A DNA stretch of 64,000 nucleotides. Source: Cyanophora paradoxa CCMP329 (lineage: Eukaryota; Plantae; Glaucophyta). Location: the NCBI GenBank assembly GCA_004431415.1, contig QPMI01000600.1, positions 1 through 64,000 of the forward strand, read 5' to 3'. Shown here piece by piece: positions 43,780 through 56,900 of the stretch (positions are counted from its first letter, which is position 1; each line of letters begins with the position of its first letter). The notes below the pieces were generated by a model, which had not been told where the DNA came from, did no database searches, and worked only from the letters and a program-made list of their open reading frames with translations. The translations under genes were made by a program, and so were the position numbers.

Positions 43780-46700
43780 TAGATCAGAGGTCCTCCTCGC
43801 GGACGGCGAAGAGGACGAAGTCGGGGGACGCGAGCACCTCCTCCCCGCTGCCCGGCCCCCGCCTCAGCGGGGTATAGCGGGTGATGTTAGCGGGGGCGGG
43901 GCGGGCCTGCGGAGGCGGGAGTAGCCCCTGCTCCAGAGCTCGGCGACGCGGGCGCCGAGGGCGGCCGAGGCGCGCGCCAGGAGGGCCTCCAGCGGCTCCC
44001 CCCGCCCCGCCCGCAGCCCCGCGTCCCGCGACCCGTCCAGCAGCCGCACCTGCGGAGAGGCGAGCATGATCATGAAGAAGGGAGGGGTGGGGGCAGGGCG
44101 GGCGCGGGCACGTTCACGTAGCGCCCGTCGTGCTCGGAGTCGACCGGCCGCGGGCCGGCCGCGAGGCGCCCGCACGGGACGCCAGCGGCGCCGGCTGCGG
44201 CTGCGGCTGCGGCGGGGCCGGCGCGGAGGCGGCGGAGGGGCCGGCAGCGGAGGGCCCGGGATCGATATCGAGCTCGCGGGCGGCGCGCGGGCTGCAGCTA
44301 GTGCTGGCGGGAGGGGCGCCGGGGCGGGGCCGGCAGGGCCGGCAGGGAGTTGCGCCGGGGCAGCGCGGGGATGCCGGGGCCGTCAGGAAGGGCGCGGGGC
44401 CGCGACCGGCGGTGCGGGGCCGCGACCGGCGGTGCGGGGGTCGCCGGGGCGATCTGAGGGCAGGTGGGCGCTGCAGGAGCCCCGGCGCCGGCCCCGCCCG
44501 GGCCCGGGCCCGGCGGGAATTTCTGGCGGGGGGTACAAGCCTCAGCCGCGAAGCCAGGGGGAAGAGCAACAAGGGGAGGCACGCGTGGGCCGGGGCCGCC
44601 GGCCGGGGGCGCCTCCGAGTGCGCGGGGCCGACCGCGGGCACAGTTGCAGCGTCCGGCGTGCGCCAGAGCTGAGGAGGGCGGGCCGTCATGAACAGGGGC
44701 GAGTCTCGCGCGAGGCACGCGCACTGCGGGTGGCGGGCCGAGCGGCGCCGGCACGCGGCTGGCGGTCCCAGAGTCGACGGGCACGGCCCCGGGCACAGCT
44801 TCGGGCACCTGGCGCCCCGTGAGATCGTCGAATTCGGAGCGAGGGATCCGGGGGGAGCTCGAGGCGGACCGGGGCGGGGGCGGCGTTGGGTCCCGGCTGG
44901 CGGTCGGAGCTGCCGACAAAGAACAGCTGCCGCGCGAGGGCGGGCGGCGGTCCTGGGCCGGGTCGGGCCGGGGCTGGGGCCGGGCCGGGGCCGGCGGCGG
45001 AGGCGGTGGCCCGACGGCCACGGCGACCGGCACCGGCGGCGGCGGCCGCGCGGGGAGGAGGCGGAGGGCCGGGGGGCGCCTGCGGCCTCACCAGCGCCAG
45101 GGCACCCCCGCCACCGCGGCGTCTGGGATCTGCGAGGCCGAGGCCGCCGGCGCGAGGGCGTGCCGGGCGGCGTGGGCCCCGAGCTAAAGCTCGGGGCGGG
45201 GCCGGAGTGCGGCGGGGCGGCCTGCAGGGCGTGGAGAGGGCGGGCCGAGCGGCAGCTGCGCATGTGGGCGCCGAGGCCGCGCAGGCCCGAGAGGCCCGGC
45301 ATGCCGCACAGCGCACAGTCCACAAACTGCGCGCCGGGCCGGGCGGGGGGCGGATGCGTCAGCTGCAGATCTAGAGCGCGGCGCGAGGGCGGCGCGCGCG
45401 AAGGAGAAAGGTCACCCAAGGCTCAGGGGCGGAGGAGGAGGATGAGGCGGCGGCAGCGGCGGCGGCAGCGGCGGCGGCGGTGAGGGCGGTGGGGCAGAGG
45501 TTGAAGTGCGCGCTGTGCTGGCGGCGCTCGACCATGGCCCCGCAGAACTGGCACGGAGCATGCCGGGGAGCGGGGCAGAGGTTGAAATGAGCGCTGTGCT
45601 GGCTCCCCGCAAGTTCCGTCCCGCAGAACTCGCACGGCGCCTTGGCCTGCGGGGGCGGCGCCGCCGCCGCGCCCGTCAGGGCCCTCGGCCCGTGGCCGAT
45701 CGCGACCCGGGCCCATCGGCATCGGGCGCGGGGCGGGGCGGGATGCACGTCGGGCGAGTCTTCGGCGGCCGCACCGGTGAGCGCCTGCTGCTGGCGCTCG
45801 TGTAACTGCACCGACCCAGTGAGGAGGCCGCCCGCGGGGCATACGAGGGACTCGAGCGCCGCGCGCCCCGCGCCGGCTGGCCTCGAGCTCGGCCGCACCT
45901 TCATTCGGTACCTCCACTTCACCTGCTCGGTTTTCATCGGATACGCGCGCGTGGGGCGCCGCGGCGCGCCGGCCCCGCCCGCGGCCCCCGCGGCCGCTGC
46001 CCCGCCGGCGCCCCCGACCCCGCCCGAATCCCCCTGGCCTTCCTCGCCCTCGTCGGCCTCCGCGTGCTGCTCCTTGAGCTTCTTCCCGGGCCCGGCGCTC
46101 TGCTTCTCCAGCCACACGCGCTTCCTCCCGCGGACCGCATGTGCCGCCGCCTGCGCGCGCCGCGGTCGGCTCCTATAGCTAGGCCTCGAGCCTTCGTCGC
46201 GGCGCTGGGCATGGCCATGGCGGCAGCGGGCCGGGGGTGCGGCACCGGGTCGGCCAAGTATTTGCGGCAGCCGCCCCTGAAGATGTGCCGCGCGATGCCC
46301 TGCAGACCCTGCCGCCCCGCCCGCCGTGAGCCCGGCGGGATCCGGTACCCGGTGCTAGCAGCGCCGCTGGAGCGCCCGTGCCAGCTAGGTCTAGAAGGCG
46401 GGACGGGTGATGCCGACCTTGAAGCCCTTCGCGCCGCAGTTGTTGCAGTCGGTGGGGGCGTAGGGCGCGCGTTGGAATTTGGGCCCCGCAACCGCGCAGG
46501 TGCGCAGGTGCCTGCCGGTGCGCGCGAGGGTGCCCCACTGAATAACCGCGAAATTGCGCGAAAATCAACCGATGGAGCTTCCACCTGCTGTACTCGTGGA
46601 GCAGCAGCTGCGCGGAGCAGAACTGGCAAGTCACCGGCCCCTGCGAGTCCCAGGAGCAGTCAGTTGCACGAATCGTGTGCGGAGAAACGGCGCGCCGAGC

Positions 46701-46916
46701 GCGGGCGCGCCGCGTCGATCGGGGTCGCGGGCTCTGCGGGACGCCCTCGCGGGGAGTCGGGCGCGGGCCCCGCCCCCGGCGCCGCCTCCGAACGGGGCGC
46801 GGGATCGCGAGCTCGAGCCCGCCTGGGCGCGCGATCGCGACCGGCCGCGGGGCCGCGCGAGGCGGGGGCCTCCAATCGGCGTCCAGCAGGCCGCCCGGGC
46901 CCACTACGCCGTCAGA

Positions 46917-46949
<33 letters not shown>

Positions 46950-49900
46950 CCAGTCAGCGTCCCAGTCAGCGTCGCGGTCCGCCGCTGCCACCGGCACGGG
47001 CGCTGGCGCTGGCGCGGGCGCGGGCCGGCTGATCCGCATGTCGATCAGCGCCTGCCGCGACGCGCGCGTCTGCGCCACGCGATCGCGGCGTCAGACCTCG
47101 CGCGCGAGCGAGAGGAGCAGGCGGAGGCCGCGGCCGCGCGCCCGCTCGTCCATGTTGGGTTCGCAGGCGCGGGAGAGGTGCGACCCCAGCCCCACGAGGC
47201 CCTGCGCCGAATTAAATGAAGCGAGCGGGGGCGGCGGTGAGATGGAGGGGCGGGCGGGGCACCTTCCAGCCGGTGAGGCCGCAGCGGGCGCAGGGGAAGC
47301 GGACGGGCAGGCCCGACGCCTCTGCCGCCGCAACCACGGCTGCAGGGCCGGTCAGCGCGCGCGGGGCCGGCGTCGCGATCGGGGAGGGGCAGGTCGAGCT
47401 CGAGCTCGGGGCGGGGGCGGTGGCGGGCCTTGCTGGGCGGCGCGGCAGACGGCGAAGTGGGCGCGGTGGCGCGTCAGGTAGAGCTCCTCCCCGCAGAACT
47501 GGCACGGCGCCTGCCGCATGCCGCAGATTGAGATTAAATGAAGACGAAGCCGAGGATCGAATTCGGGATCGCAGGGCGCACGAGCTCGTCGTCCTCCAGC
47601 TCGTTGAACGTGACGTCACCGTCCCCCAGCCCGCCCCCGCCCCCGAGCTCCGCCCCGGGCCCGACCTCGCCCGCGAAGCCGCCTTCGGACTCAAGCTCCC
47701 CGCCCCTGCCGGAGCCGGACACCCGCCTCCTCTGGTTCCTCTGCGGCGGCGCGGCTCAGCACCCGAGACCAGCCGCCGAACGCGGATGCGTGGCAGCGCA
47801 CCGAGGAGGCGTGCCCTGCCGCCGCCTCGGGGTCGGGGGAGGAGGAGGACTGCTCCGAGGGGCGCCGCTGCGCGTGCCTCTCCTTCACCTGCCCCCCAGC
47901 CCACAAGCTATTTGAGCGAATTCCAATATTTAATGAGCTCGAGCTCCGCGGGGGCGCTGGCGCGCCCTGTCGAAGGCAGACTTGGCGGCGCCCTCCTCCA
48001 GGATCCGCTGCCTCTGCAGCCTCTGCGCGGGCGGAAGCTGAAGGTTCAGCGGCTCTAATCGTTGACTTCAATAAGTACTTGGGCTGACCTCGTAGTCCTT
48101 CCAGTAGCGGAAGTGGCTGGGGCGGGCCGGACGCCCCGGCTGCGGGCTCGGGCTGCACGCCAGCAGGTGCTGCGCCAGCCTGCGGGTCTGGCGTCAGAGC
48201 GGCGCGGGCGGCTGCAGCTGCGCCCGGAAACTCGAAGAGACCGCGGCGCATGCGCACCCGGGGACGCCCTGCAGGTCGCCGGCGCCGCAGCGGGCGCAGT
48301 CGACGGGGCCGGCGCAGGCGGCGGCGGCGGGGCAGGCCGCCAGGTGCCGGGAGAGCTCGCCCCGGTCGGCCGCCCCCTCCCCGCACAGCTGGCACGCCTC
48401 GTTCTGCACTCGCGCCCAGCGATGATAAGCGGGCGGAATCGCCATCGAAATTATAGTCGGGCTCATGATCAGCAGCCGCGTCCGGGGATCAGGACGCATG
48501 CGCACCGGCCCCGGGGATCCGGAGGGCCCCATGGCCGGGCCTTGGGCGAAGCCCGCGGCCTCGCGGTCCTGCATTTAATCATGATCAGAATAAATTCAGA
48601 CGAACGAGCTCTAGAAATTTAGATGGCTGAATTCTAGATTTCGGCCGCGGCACGTTCTTGGCGCGAGGGATCCGGAGGGCGGCGGCTCGCCTCGGCGTTC
48701 GAGATTTCCTCGGGCGCTGGCGCCTCCAGCTGCAGGGGGGCCTGCGAGGGGGACGCGTCAGCTGCAGGGCCGGCGGGGCCGAGGCGCCCGCAGCTGGTCG
48801 CGAGCTCGAGGGGCCGCGTGCACATGTGCAGGGCGCGGCGCCGGCGTCGGGGACGGGGCGGGATCCGGAGCGGCGTCGTGCTGGACAATCGAGCAGCGCT
48901 TCCCCCGCTTGTGGGCGCGCGCCGCCGCGCACCTCGCCTGCGCGCGAGCCCGCGGCCGCGTGCGCTTGAGGCGGTTCCGGAGGCTCGGCGATTTCGCGCG
49001 AATCTCGAGGGCTACAGACCGCGTAAGCCTGGTCCTTGATGCGCTCCGGGTCGCAGAAGCGCATGTGGCGGCCCAGGCCAGTGAGCCCCAGCAGGCCCTG
49101 CGCGCCAACATTCATTAGAAGTTAGAACGCAGCTGCGGGGATGATTTGCGGCCCTTCGCGGCGCGCGCGGGCACCTCGGTGCCGCAGCGGCGGCAGCTGA
49201 GATGGACGGCGTCGGAGGACTGTGTGCACATGCCGAAGTGCTTGTGGTGCTTGGAGAGGGGGAGGCTGAGCCCGCAGAACTGGCACGGCGCCTGCCGCCG
49301 AAATTAATATTGGTCGCCGGAAACGAATTCGAACGACTCGGGCGAGCAGCGGAAATTAGAGTCCTGACTCGGGCGAGCAGCGGAAATTAGACTCCTAATT
49401 ATAATTACCTGGACACGTGCGCTCGTCGTGGTTTGCTCGCTACTAAAACTAGTACTGTTGCGAGCTTGAGTCGACGTCGCTGACTCGTCGACTCGCGACT
49501 CGCGATTCGCCGTGGGTTGCTCGCTGACGATGTTTGCGCGGCCGCTACTTATGAAGGAGCTGCAGAAGCGCATGTGGCGACCGAGGCCCAGCATCCCCTT
49601 GAGCCCCTGCGCATGCACATGCGCGCCGGAGGGGCGGCTTCAAATCTCGGGTCGGATGTCGATGAGACAGGCGGAGCTAGATCTAGCTGTAGTAAATGAA
49701 TATTAATTGGGGAGGCGGCGCGGGCCTGGGTGCCGCAGTGGAGGCAGGTCATGAAGGGCGCGGGGGCGGCCTTGGGGCAGGCGCCGAAGTGCTGGAAGTG
49801 CTGCGAGAGGAGCATCTCCTCCCCGCAGAACTGGCACGGCGCCTGCGAGGACGGGCGCGCGGGCGTCAGACGGAGCTCGAGGGGAGGGGCTCAAAGAAAT

Positions 49901-50540
49901 CGAATTTAATTCAATATTGGCACGCGGCGCCGGGCGGGGCGCCGGCGCACGCGGAGCCCCGCGCTGTCGAGCCCGGCGTACGAGCTCGCGACCCTCCTGT
50001 CGCCGGGCCTCTTGAGCGCCCCAAGCGTCCGCGCCGACGTGAAGGGGAGGCCGAGGCGAGCCCTGGATCTGGAGCCGCCGCGCCCCCCGCGGCCCCCGCG
50101 GCGCCTCTTGCGGCGCCGGCCGCGGAGGGAGCCGGCCTCGGAGCTGGAGCCGGAGCTAGTGCTGGAGTCCTCGAGCTCGGAGCCGTCGGCCTCCGCCGCT
50201 TCGAAGTCGCTGTCGGCGTCTAGATCTGCGTCTGCGCCGACGTCCTCCTCGAGCTCGCCGCCCTGGAGCTCGAGCTCGCCGCCGTGCGGGCCTCGAGCGT
50301 GCTCCTCGAGCTCCTCGCGCTCGTCTTCGAATTCCTCGCCGCCGCCTTCGAGCTCATGATCATGCGCGCGGTAGTCATCGCCGTCGATTTCGCCGTCGGA
50401 GCTCCTCTGATCGTCCGCCTCCTCGATCGCGCCGATCGCGGAGGGGAACTCGACCTCCTCCGGATCCGTCCCGTGCGCAGGCTCATCTACAGGTGCAACT
50501 TGCGGCTGCAGATCGAATCCGAGGCAGCGCAAAGAATTAT
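43780..50540 (-). CDS. Host multi-exon gene(s) with repeated C2HC-type zinc fingers (boundaries approximate)
   Basis: Repeated PCQFCG.......HF..CP and C..CG..GL.GL.GL..HMR.C modules. Last exons VRLLDGSRDAGLRAGRGEPLEALLARASAALG and FVLFAVREEDL. Confidence 0.55.
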
Positions 50541-52412
50541 AGTTAGCTCGCGGAGTCTCAATAAGGAGGCAATATCAAAATTAATGGGCAGGATTTAATT
50601 GCAGTTCACCGTCACCTCCTCGCCCTGTGGATTCGAATCCGGTTCGACCTTGACCTTGTGGATCCGGAGCTGGGAAGGCGAATTCGAAGGGTTTCGTTGC
50701 GTCGTCGAGCCTTCGCCGCTGGACGGACGTTATCGTTTGCAAAATCATGTGCAAGTAATATAAGCAGGACAGGAAAGAGCTTACGGAGGAACGATATTGA
50801 CGAACGTGCGACCAGCTGCAGAGATTCGCGGGGGATCTGGAATATTTGCAATTGACACGTGCACGGGCAGAGAGTCCAGCTGCAGCTCCACGTGATCATA
50901 GCTACAGGGCTGCTGCAGCTGCGACTGCCGGTTCCTGGCGGCGAACAGCCAGTTCAGTCTACGGCGGTGCGAAACCGACGGAAATCGGAAGAGGAGATCG
51001 AGCTAGAGCGGCGCACGATTTCGTGTGGGTGTGCGGCGCCGAAACAAAGCGTGCGCCGCTGCGGAAGCTCCAGGGGAATCCGGAGGGGCAGCTTGTGTCT
51101 ATATCCGAGCTCGAAGCAATCGCGCAAGAATTCGAGGCAGTGCAAGCAGCGCGAGCCTCCCGATCCGGATCCAGCGCGAGAACATTCCCTGCGCAGCAAA
51201 AGCACATGCACGTGTAATTACAAGCACGCTGCGCAGAGCTACCTCGCACCCTGAGCGAACAATTGCAAGCAAAGGAAATCGAAAGAACGTTTACGGACCT
51301 AAGCCTGATGGCTTGGGGAGCTCGAGCATTGCGAAGCCTGGTGGACTTCCCGGAGCGCGCGCATCGATATCTGCGTTCAAACGAGGTGTCAAAGCTCAAA
51401 TTCGACCGAAAAACAGACAGTTCTGTGATCCGATGATCGATTTCATCACGCCGACACTGTGACATGTGCAAACTCTTGAAAGGACCGGATCCGGAGCGCC
51501 GCGACAGCGCATCGCGATCAATATCATACATGCACGAGCGATCTCCGATTATGAAGAGCGGGTGCGCATGATCGGAGACAAGTTCAAGTGCCCGCAAATC
51601 AAACTCGAATTCGCAAGCTTAAGAAGTCCGAGCACGAATCGAAGTGGACGTCGACGTCGACGCAAGTGCATGGCCAGAGCACATTTAGAGAAAGCACGCG
51701 GCACATACCACGTTTGGGAAGAAGATCAAAAGCACCCAGCGTTCCGAAACTGGGTGGCTCTCGCGCCAATGCAGCGACGCCACTTTTGACGTCAAGCGAA
51801 TCTTGTTCTCCCGAGGAGCCCGCTCTGTGCAGCGAGCGAGAGCCATGTTAGATGTGCACTGTGATAATAGAGCTCACTATCAAGCTAAGGCGGCCTCGTG
51901 CATTTTGACAACCGCGCTTGACGTCGACGAGCCCAAGGCCCTGTGGCGCGCGCCAACCGGCGCGCTCCGCGAGCCTTGCAGGTGGTTCTACAGATGTTTA
52001 CGAGCAGTATCCGTGCGCGCACCTTGAGCCCGCGCTCATCGCTCGCCGCAGGTCGGTCAGAAATGAATGACGTGTCCCCCTCTCTTGCCCCCCCCCCCCC
52101 CACTTCTCCTCTCATTGCTTTTAATTGCTGCGCATGCTCCTCCGTTGCTGCAACTGTTCTGTGTGTCGTCGACATCTAAATGAGCTTGACAGCATGAAGC
52201 CATCGCACGCTCAGTCAAGAAAGCACACGATCTAGCAAGTGCTACTACGTACACGTGCAACGGATCGAGCTCGATCAACTGCAGCGATACAACTGCAGCG
52301 ATACAAATTATACTACTGACGCCGTAGTATGCACTATAAGCTCCCTAGAGAATCTGTTTCACATGACCCGAGATAAGATAAGAAGAGCCACTAGTAATAG
52401 CACTGCAGATCA

Positions 52413-53764
52413 CTACTGCACCGGAGGGGGGTACCCCGGAGGCTGGCCGTACTGGCCGGTGGGGGCTGGCGGGGGGTACCCGGGCGGCTGCTGGCCGGGC
52501 GGGGCGCCGTACTGGGGCGGTGGTGCCCCGTACGGAGCTCCATACTGTGGCGGCGGGGCCCCGTATTGGGCGGGGGGGTACCCATAACCCCCAGCTGGAG
52601 CGGCGGGGTACGCGCCAGGGTACCCGCCGACAGGTGCTGCGGCGTACGGGGCCGCCTGGTACGCGCCGCCGGACTGGTCGATGGGCTGGCCCATGGGTAC
52701 GCCCATGGCGGTGCCCGGCGCGGGGTACGCGCCGCCCGAGACGACGACGGTCTGGGACATGCCCATGCGGCGCCGCCGGTGGCGCACGTAGATGCAGACG
52801 GAGATCAGGGCGATCACGACGCCGACTGCGGGGCGGGGGAGGGGCGGCGGTCGGCGGCGGTGGCGGCGAGGGAGCGGGGCGCGGGGAGCGGAGCGGACCG
52901 GAGACGACGACGCCGATGACGATGGAGACCCAGCGCTGCGTCTCCGTGGAGAAGTCCTGCGCGCGCGCCTCAGGCCGGAGCGCCGAGCGGGGCGGGGCGG
53001 ACCGGCGGGGCGGGGCGGGCCGGCGGGGCGGGGGAGGGCAGGCGGGGCGGGGCGAGGCAAAGCTCACCCAGATGAAGCGCAGCAAGACTTCAAAATTTTG
53101 ATTCCTGCAGAGAGTGATCAAGCCAAGATCTTCGCAGCGCGCCGACTGCAATACCCGCCGCAATGACTGCGGACCTGTTAACGAGAACGATGTTGATGTT
53201 CGGCACGCCGTCGTCGGTCCAGTCGCTCTGGAGCCGCGTGAGGGGCGCAGCAATGCCGCGCCGCGGGAGAGTGCGCACGACAGCGATGTCCCTCTGCTGG
53301 TTAATGCGCGAGACGCGCGTCATGTAGCCTTCCGTGGGAAACCTCGTCGGGCTGTTCCGCAGCGCAGTGTACTGCGAGTCTGCGCGCTGGATTGAGAGAC
53401 GATGAATGCCCGCACGGAAATAGCAATGCACCGCTAAGCACAAGGATGTCGACTGCGGAAAGGCGCGGCGTGAGAGCTCGAGGCGACAGCGCGAGGGGCA
53501 GGACACACCTGGCCCCCGCACGGTGTAACGGCTGAGGTCCAGTTCATATCTCAACCAACACTTGCAGTTCTGCCGCCTCTGCGCGCGGCGCAGTGAGCTC
53601 TGGGCCGTACGCGTGTTCACAGCGCGTGCGCGGAGCACCTCCATCAAGTAGGCTGTGTTGGGCCTCAGAACTTCGGTCCATACGCCGTCCGCGTAAACCT
53701 TGACGATAATTGCCAGGACGGCGACGAGCAGAGCTAAGTACTTTACCCCGCCGCGGCGTGCCAT
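52413..53764 (-). CDS. Host type I membrane protein with PGY-rich cytoplasmic tail
   Basis: Signal-peptide-like N-terminus, TM segment VGVVIALISVCIYV followed by RHRRRR, and GYPP/QYGAPP repeats. Confidence 0.6.
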
Positions 53765-53805
53765 GTTAGATGTGCGCTTTGATAATAGAGCTCACTATTA
53801 AGCTA

Positions 53806-53866
53806 CGATGCTGCGATTACGCATACGGCGTATCGATGTTGCGATTACGATGCTGCGATTACGATT
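53806..53866 (-). repeat. Three GCGATTACG repeats, inverted relative to the array at 59164-59500
   Basis: GCGATTACG(AT) x3 is the reverse complement of (AT)CGTAATCGC. Confidence 0.8.
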
Positions 53867-54179
53867 GGGGTACCGGTGCCCCTCCCAGGGGTCTGGGTTG
53901 GGTGGGGGTACGTCTTCGCCGCCGGTTCGCTTCGCAGCGGCGCGCCGATCGGGTTTCGAGACTTCGCGCGCAGCGCGGAAACGAAACGTAGGGGCACCTT
54001 TCATCGGCGAAAACCGTAGCGGCGCCGCTCCGATGACGCTCGCGGTGGTGCGCGGCGCGCTCGTCCTGGCTCATTCGCCTAGCCTTCCTGGCTCATTCGC
54101 CTACCTGGCCGGTCGTCGTCCTCCGCTCCGCTCCGTCAGCCCGGCGGCTGGGGCGGGCATTGTCGGGCGCGCCTAGGCC

Positions 54180-54917
54180 ATGTCGGTCTGCCCTTCCGCC
54201 TGCGCTGCCGCGCGCGCCCTTCTCCGCGTTTGACGTCACGATTGCAGGGCGGGCGCCCGCCGGACAAGGGCGCCCGATCGCCGGGCTCCGATCCCGATCC
54301 TGACGCCGACACCTGTGGCGTGTGCGGGTGAGGGCGCTCGCCTCTTCCCGCGTGGGGGTTGGGGGTTGGATTCGATCCCGGGGTCATGCAGGAATGCGTC
54401 CGGTGGCCACTGGATCCAGTGCGAAGGCGAGTGCAAGGGCTGGTTTCACTGCAGGTGCGTCTCCCCGCGCGTTGACGTTTGCCCGGCCCGGCGCGCGCCC
54501 GGTCTCTGACTGTCCTCAAAAAAGGTGCGTTAGAGTCTCGGCGAGGGAGGCGGAAGCCATCGAGAGCTGGGTGTGCCCGAAGTGCGGCGAGCTTCCAGCC
54601 CGAGCGCCCGTGAGTGCCCCCCCGCGCCCGATCGCCCGCTCCCCCTCGCCCTCCGATCTCACGCGCTTCGTGCGCAGGCTCCCGACGCTGCAGTTGGAGC
54701 CGCTCGGGATGCGCAGGCGGGCTCCTCGAGCTCCGGCCAGCGGGGGGCGGCGGCGAGCACCTCTGAGGGGGGCAAGCGGCCTCTCTCGCCCGCGCCGGGC
54801 CCCTCCGACGTCGACCAGAAAAGGTCCCGTCGGGGCCGGGCCGAAGGCGGTCGGGGCAAGCGGGGGGCCCCGCAAGGCGCCCCCAAGGCCGGCGCCGATG
54901 AGAAACGGGCTCGGCGG

Positions 54918-54967
<50 letters not shown>

Positions 54968-56482
54968 AGGTGGCGGCGGCGGCGGAGGTGGCGGCGGCGG
55001 GGGGGTCGGCGCGAGGGGCGCCGGCTGCGGCGGTTGCAGCGGGCCGATCCCCGCCAACGAGCACGGCGCCGTGCGCTGTGCGGGACCGCGCGGGCGCGGA
55101 CGCTGCGGCGCCGCCCACCACGAGTGTTGCCGCGATCTGGCTCCGTTCAAGGGCGTCGTTGAGCTCCAGCCGGGGCGCTGGCGGGCCCAGCTCGCCGTAC
55201 CTGGAGAATCGCAGCCGGCGGTCAGCGATGGTCACCTTTCGCCCGTCGCGGCGGCCAAGGCGTACGACCGCATGGTCATCGCCCTGATCGGCCCCGAGCG
55301 GGCCAAGGAGGAGGGCCGCACGAACTTCCCGCCGGCCGTCTATCTCTGCGAGCCGTTCCTCCGGAAACCTTGGAAGCCGCCGTTGGATGCCAAGGTGCGC
55401 AGAGGGGCGCGCACGGGTCCCCTTTAGGGTCCCGTTTAACCCCCGCCCTCTCCTCGCCCCCAGGCCAGGCTGCAAGAGGTCGTCGATGCCGTCGCTGCGC
55501 TGGACGCGGAGCGGGCACGGGGAGAGGAGGAGGCGGTGAAGCGGCGGGCCAAGGCGAGGGGCGACAAGGCGAGGCGGGCGGCGGAGAGGGAGGCCAAGGC
55601 GGAGGCACGGGGGGCGGGGCGGGGCTCCAACGACGGCGCCCCGCACCACAAGTACAGGGGCGTCAGGCGCTACGCGGAGGTCTCCCGGGTCTACTCCTGG
55701 AGGGCTGAGCACGAGTTCATGGGCCTCACGGTGCTCGCGCCCCCCCTCTCGAGCTCGCATCCTCCCCCGCCGCTGCTGACCTCGGCCTCCCCCCCGCGCA
55801 GCTGCACCTCGGGACCTTTGGGGCGCCCGTCTCCGCCGCGCGGGCCGTCGATCGCGCGGTCATCGTCCTGCGCGGTGCCGAGGAGGCGAGCTCGAGGGGG
55901 CTCACCAACTTCCCCGTCGCCGGCTACCTCTGCGAGCCCTCCCTGCGGAGGCTCCTCGCCCCAAAGGGGCCCGCCATCGGCTCCCGCCACCCCGACATCG
56001 TCGCGGCGCACGCCGGCGGGGGTGGGGGCGGCGGTCCTCCGCCGGAGGGCGTCGTGGTGCGTCCCCTCCCTCCCTCCCCTTCTCAGGGGTCCCGGCGGGT
56101 CGTGATTCCTTCGTGATTCCTTTCGCAGCGCGCGGTGCAGGCGGCCGTCGGCGCCCTCCTCGCCGCGAGGCGGCCGGGCGGGGGCGAGAGGGGCCGCTGG
56201 TACTGCCCCTGCTGCCGCCTGGACGCCGGCGCTGCGGCCGTCGCCGCATACATGCGGACGAAGTACAGGCTGTGCGCGCCTCTCGCCCCCGCCCTCCCTC
56301 CGCCGCGCCCGCCCGCTCTCCGTCTGACCGGCCGCGCGCCTTCCCCCTGCGGCAGGCGTTTCAAGGCGGAGCACGTGCAGCCCCACATCGCGGCGGCCGC
56401 GGAGCGCACGGGCTACTTCTGGGAGCTGCTGCGCGCCGCGAAGCCCGCCCTCGAGTTCTACGCCAGGGGGGTCTCCGCGTGA
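54180..56482 (+). CDS. PHD finger plus two AP2-like domains (N-terminal part of the probable Fanzor fusion)
   Basis: Spliced CGVCG..WIQCEGECKGWFHCRCV..WVCPKC (PHD). FKGV..GRWRAQ..AAKAYD..TNFP and KYRGVR..WRA..HLGTF..AARAVD..TNFP (AP2). Confidence 0.8.
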
Positions 56483-56900
56483 AGCAGGCCTCGGAATCCG
56501 TGCGCCCTTCCCCCCCCCCCTCCCCCCCCCCGTACCCCTGTCTCGTCCCTTCACTCCTTCGAAACCCTGACTCCTTCGAACGGGGGCAGCTCTACCGCCC
56601 CGTCAAGCCCCCCCCACCCTCCTCGAGCCCTCTCTCCCCCTCAAGCTCTCCCGGGCCAGACCCCCCCGGCCCCCCCCGGCTGAAGGTCGTGAAACCCGAG
56701 GGGTGGGATCCCCTCACGCGGCGCCGCTTCGGCGACGGCGTGAGGCACGGCGTCAAGATGTACAGGACGGATCCGCTGGCGAGGTGGGAGAGCGTGCGGG
56801 GCGCCGTCGAGAGCTGCAGTGCGCGGACGTACCCCCCCTCCGACTCCCCGACCCCCTCCTCACCTCCCCAAAACCTCATTGTACCCCCTCCTTCGCCCAG

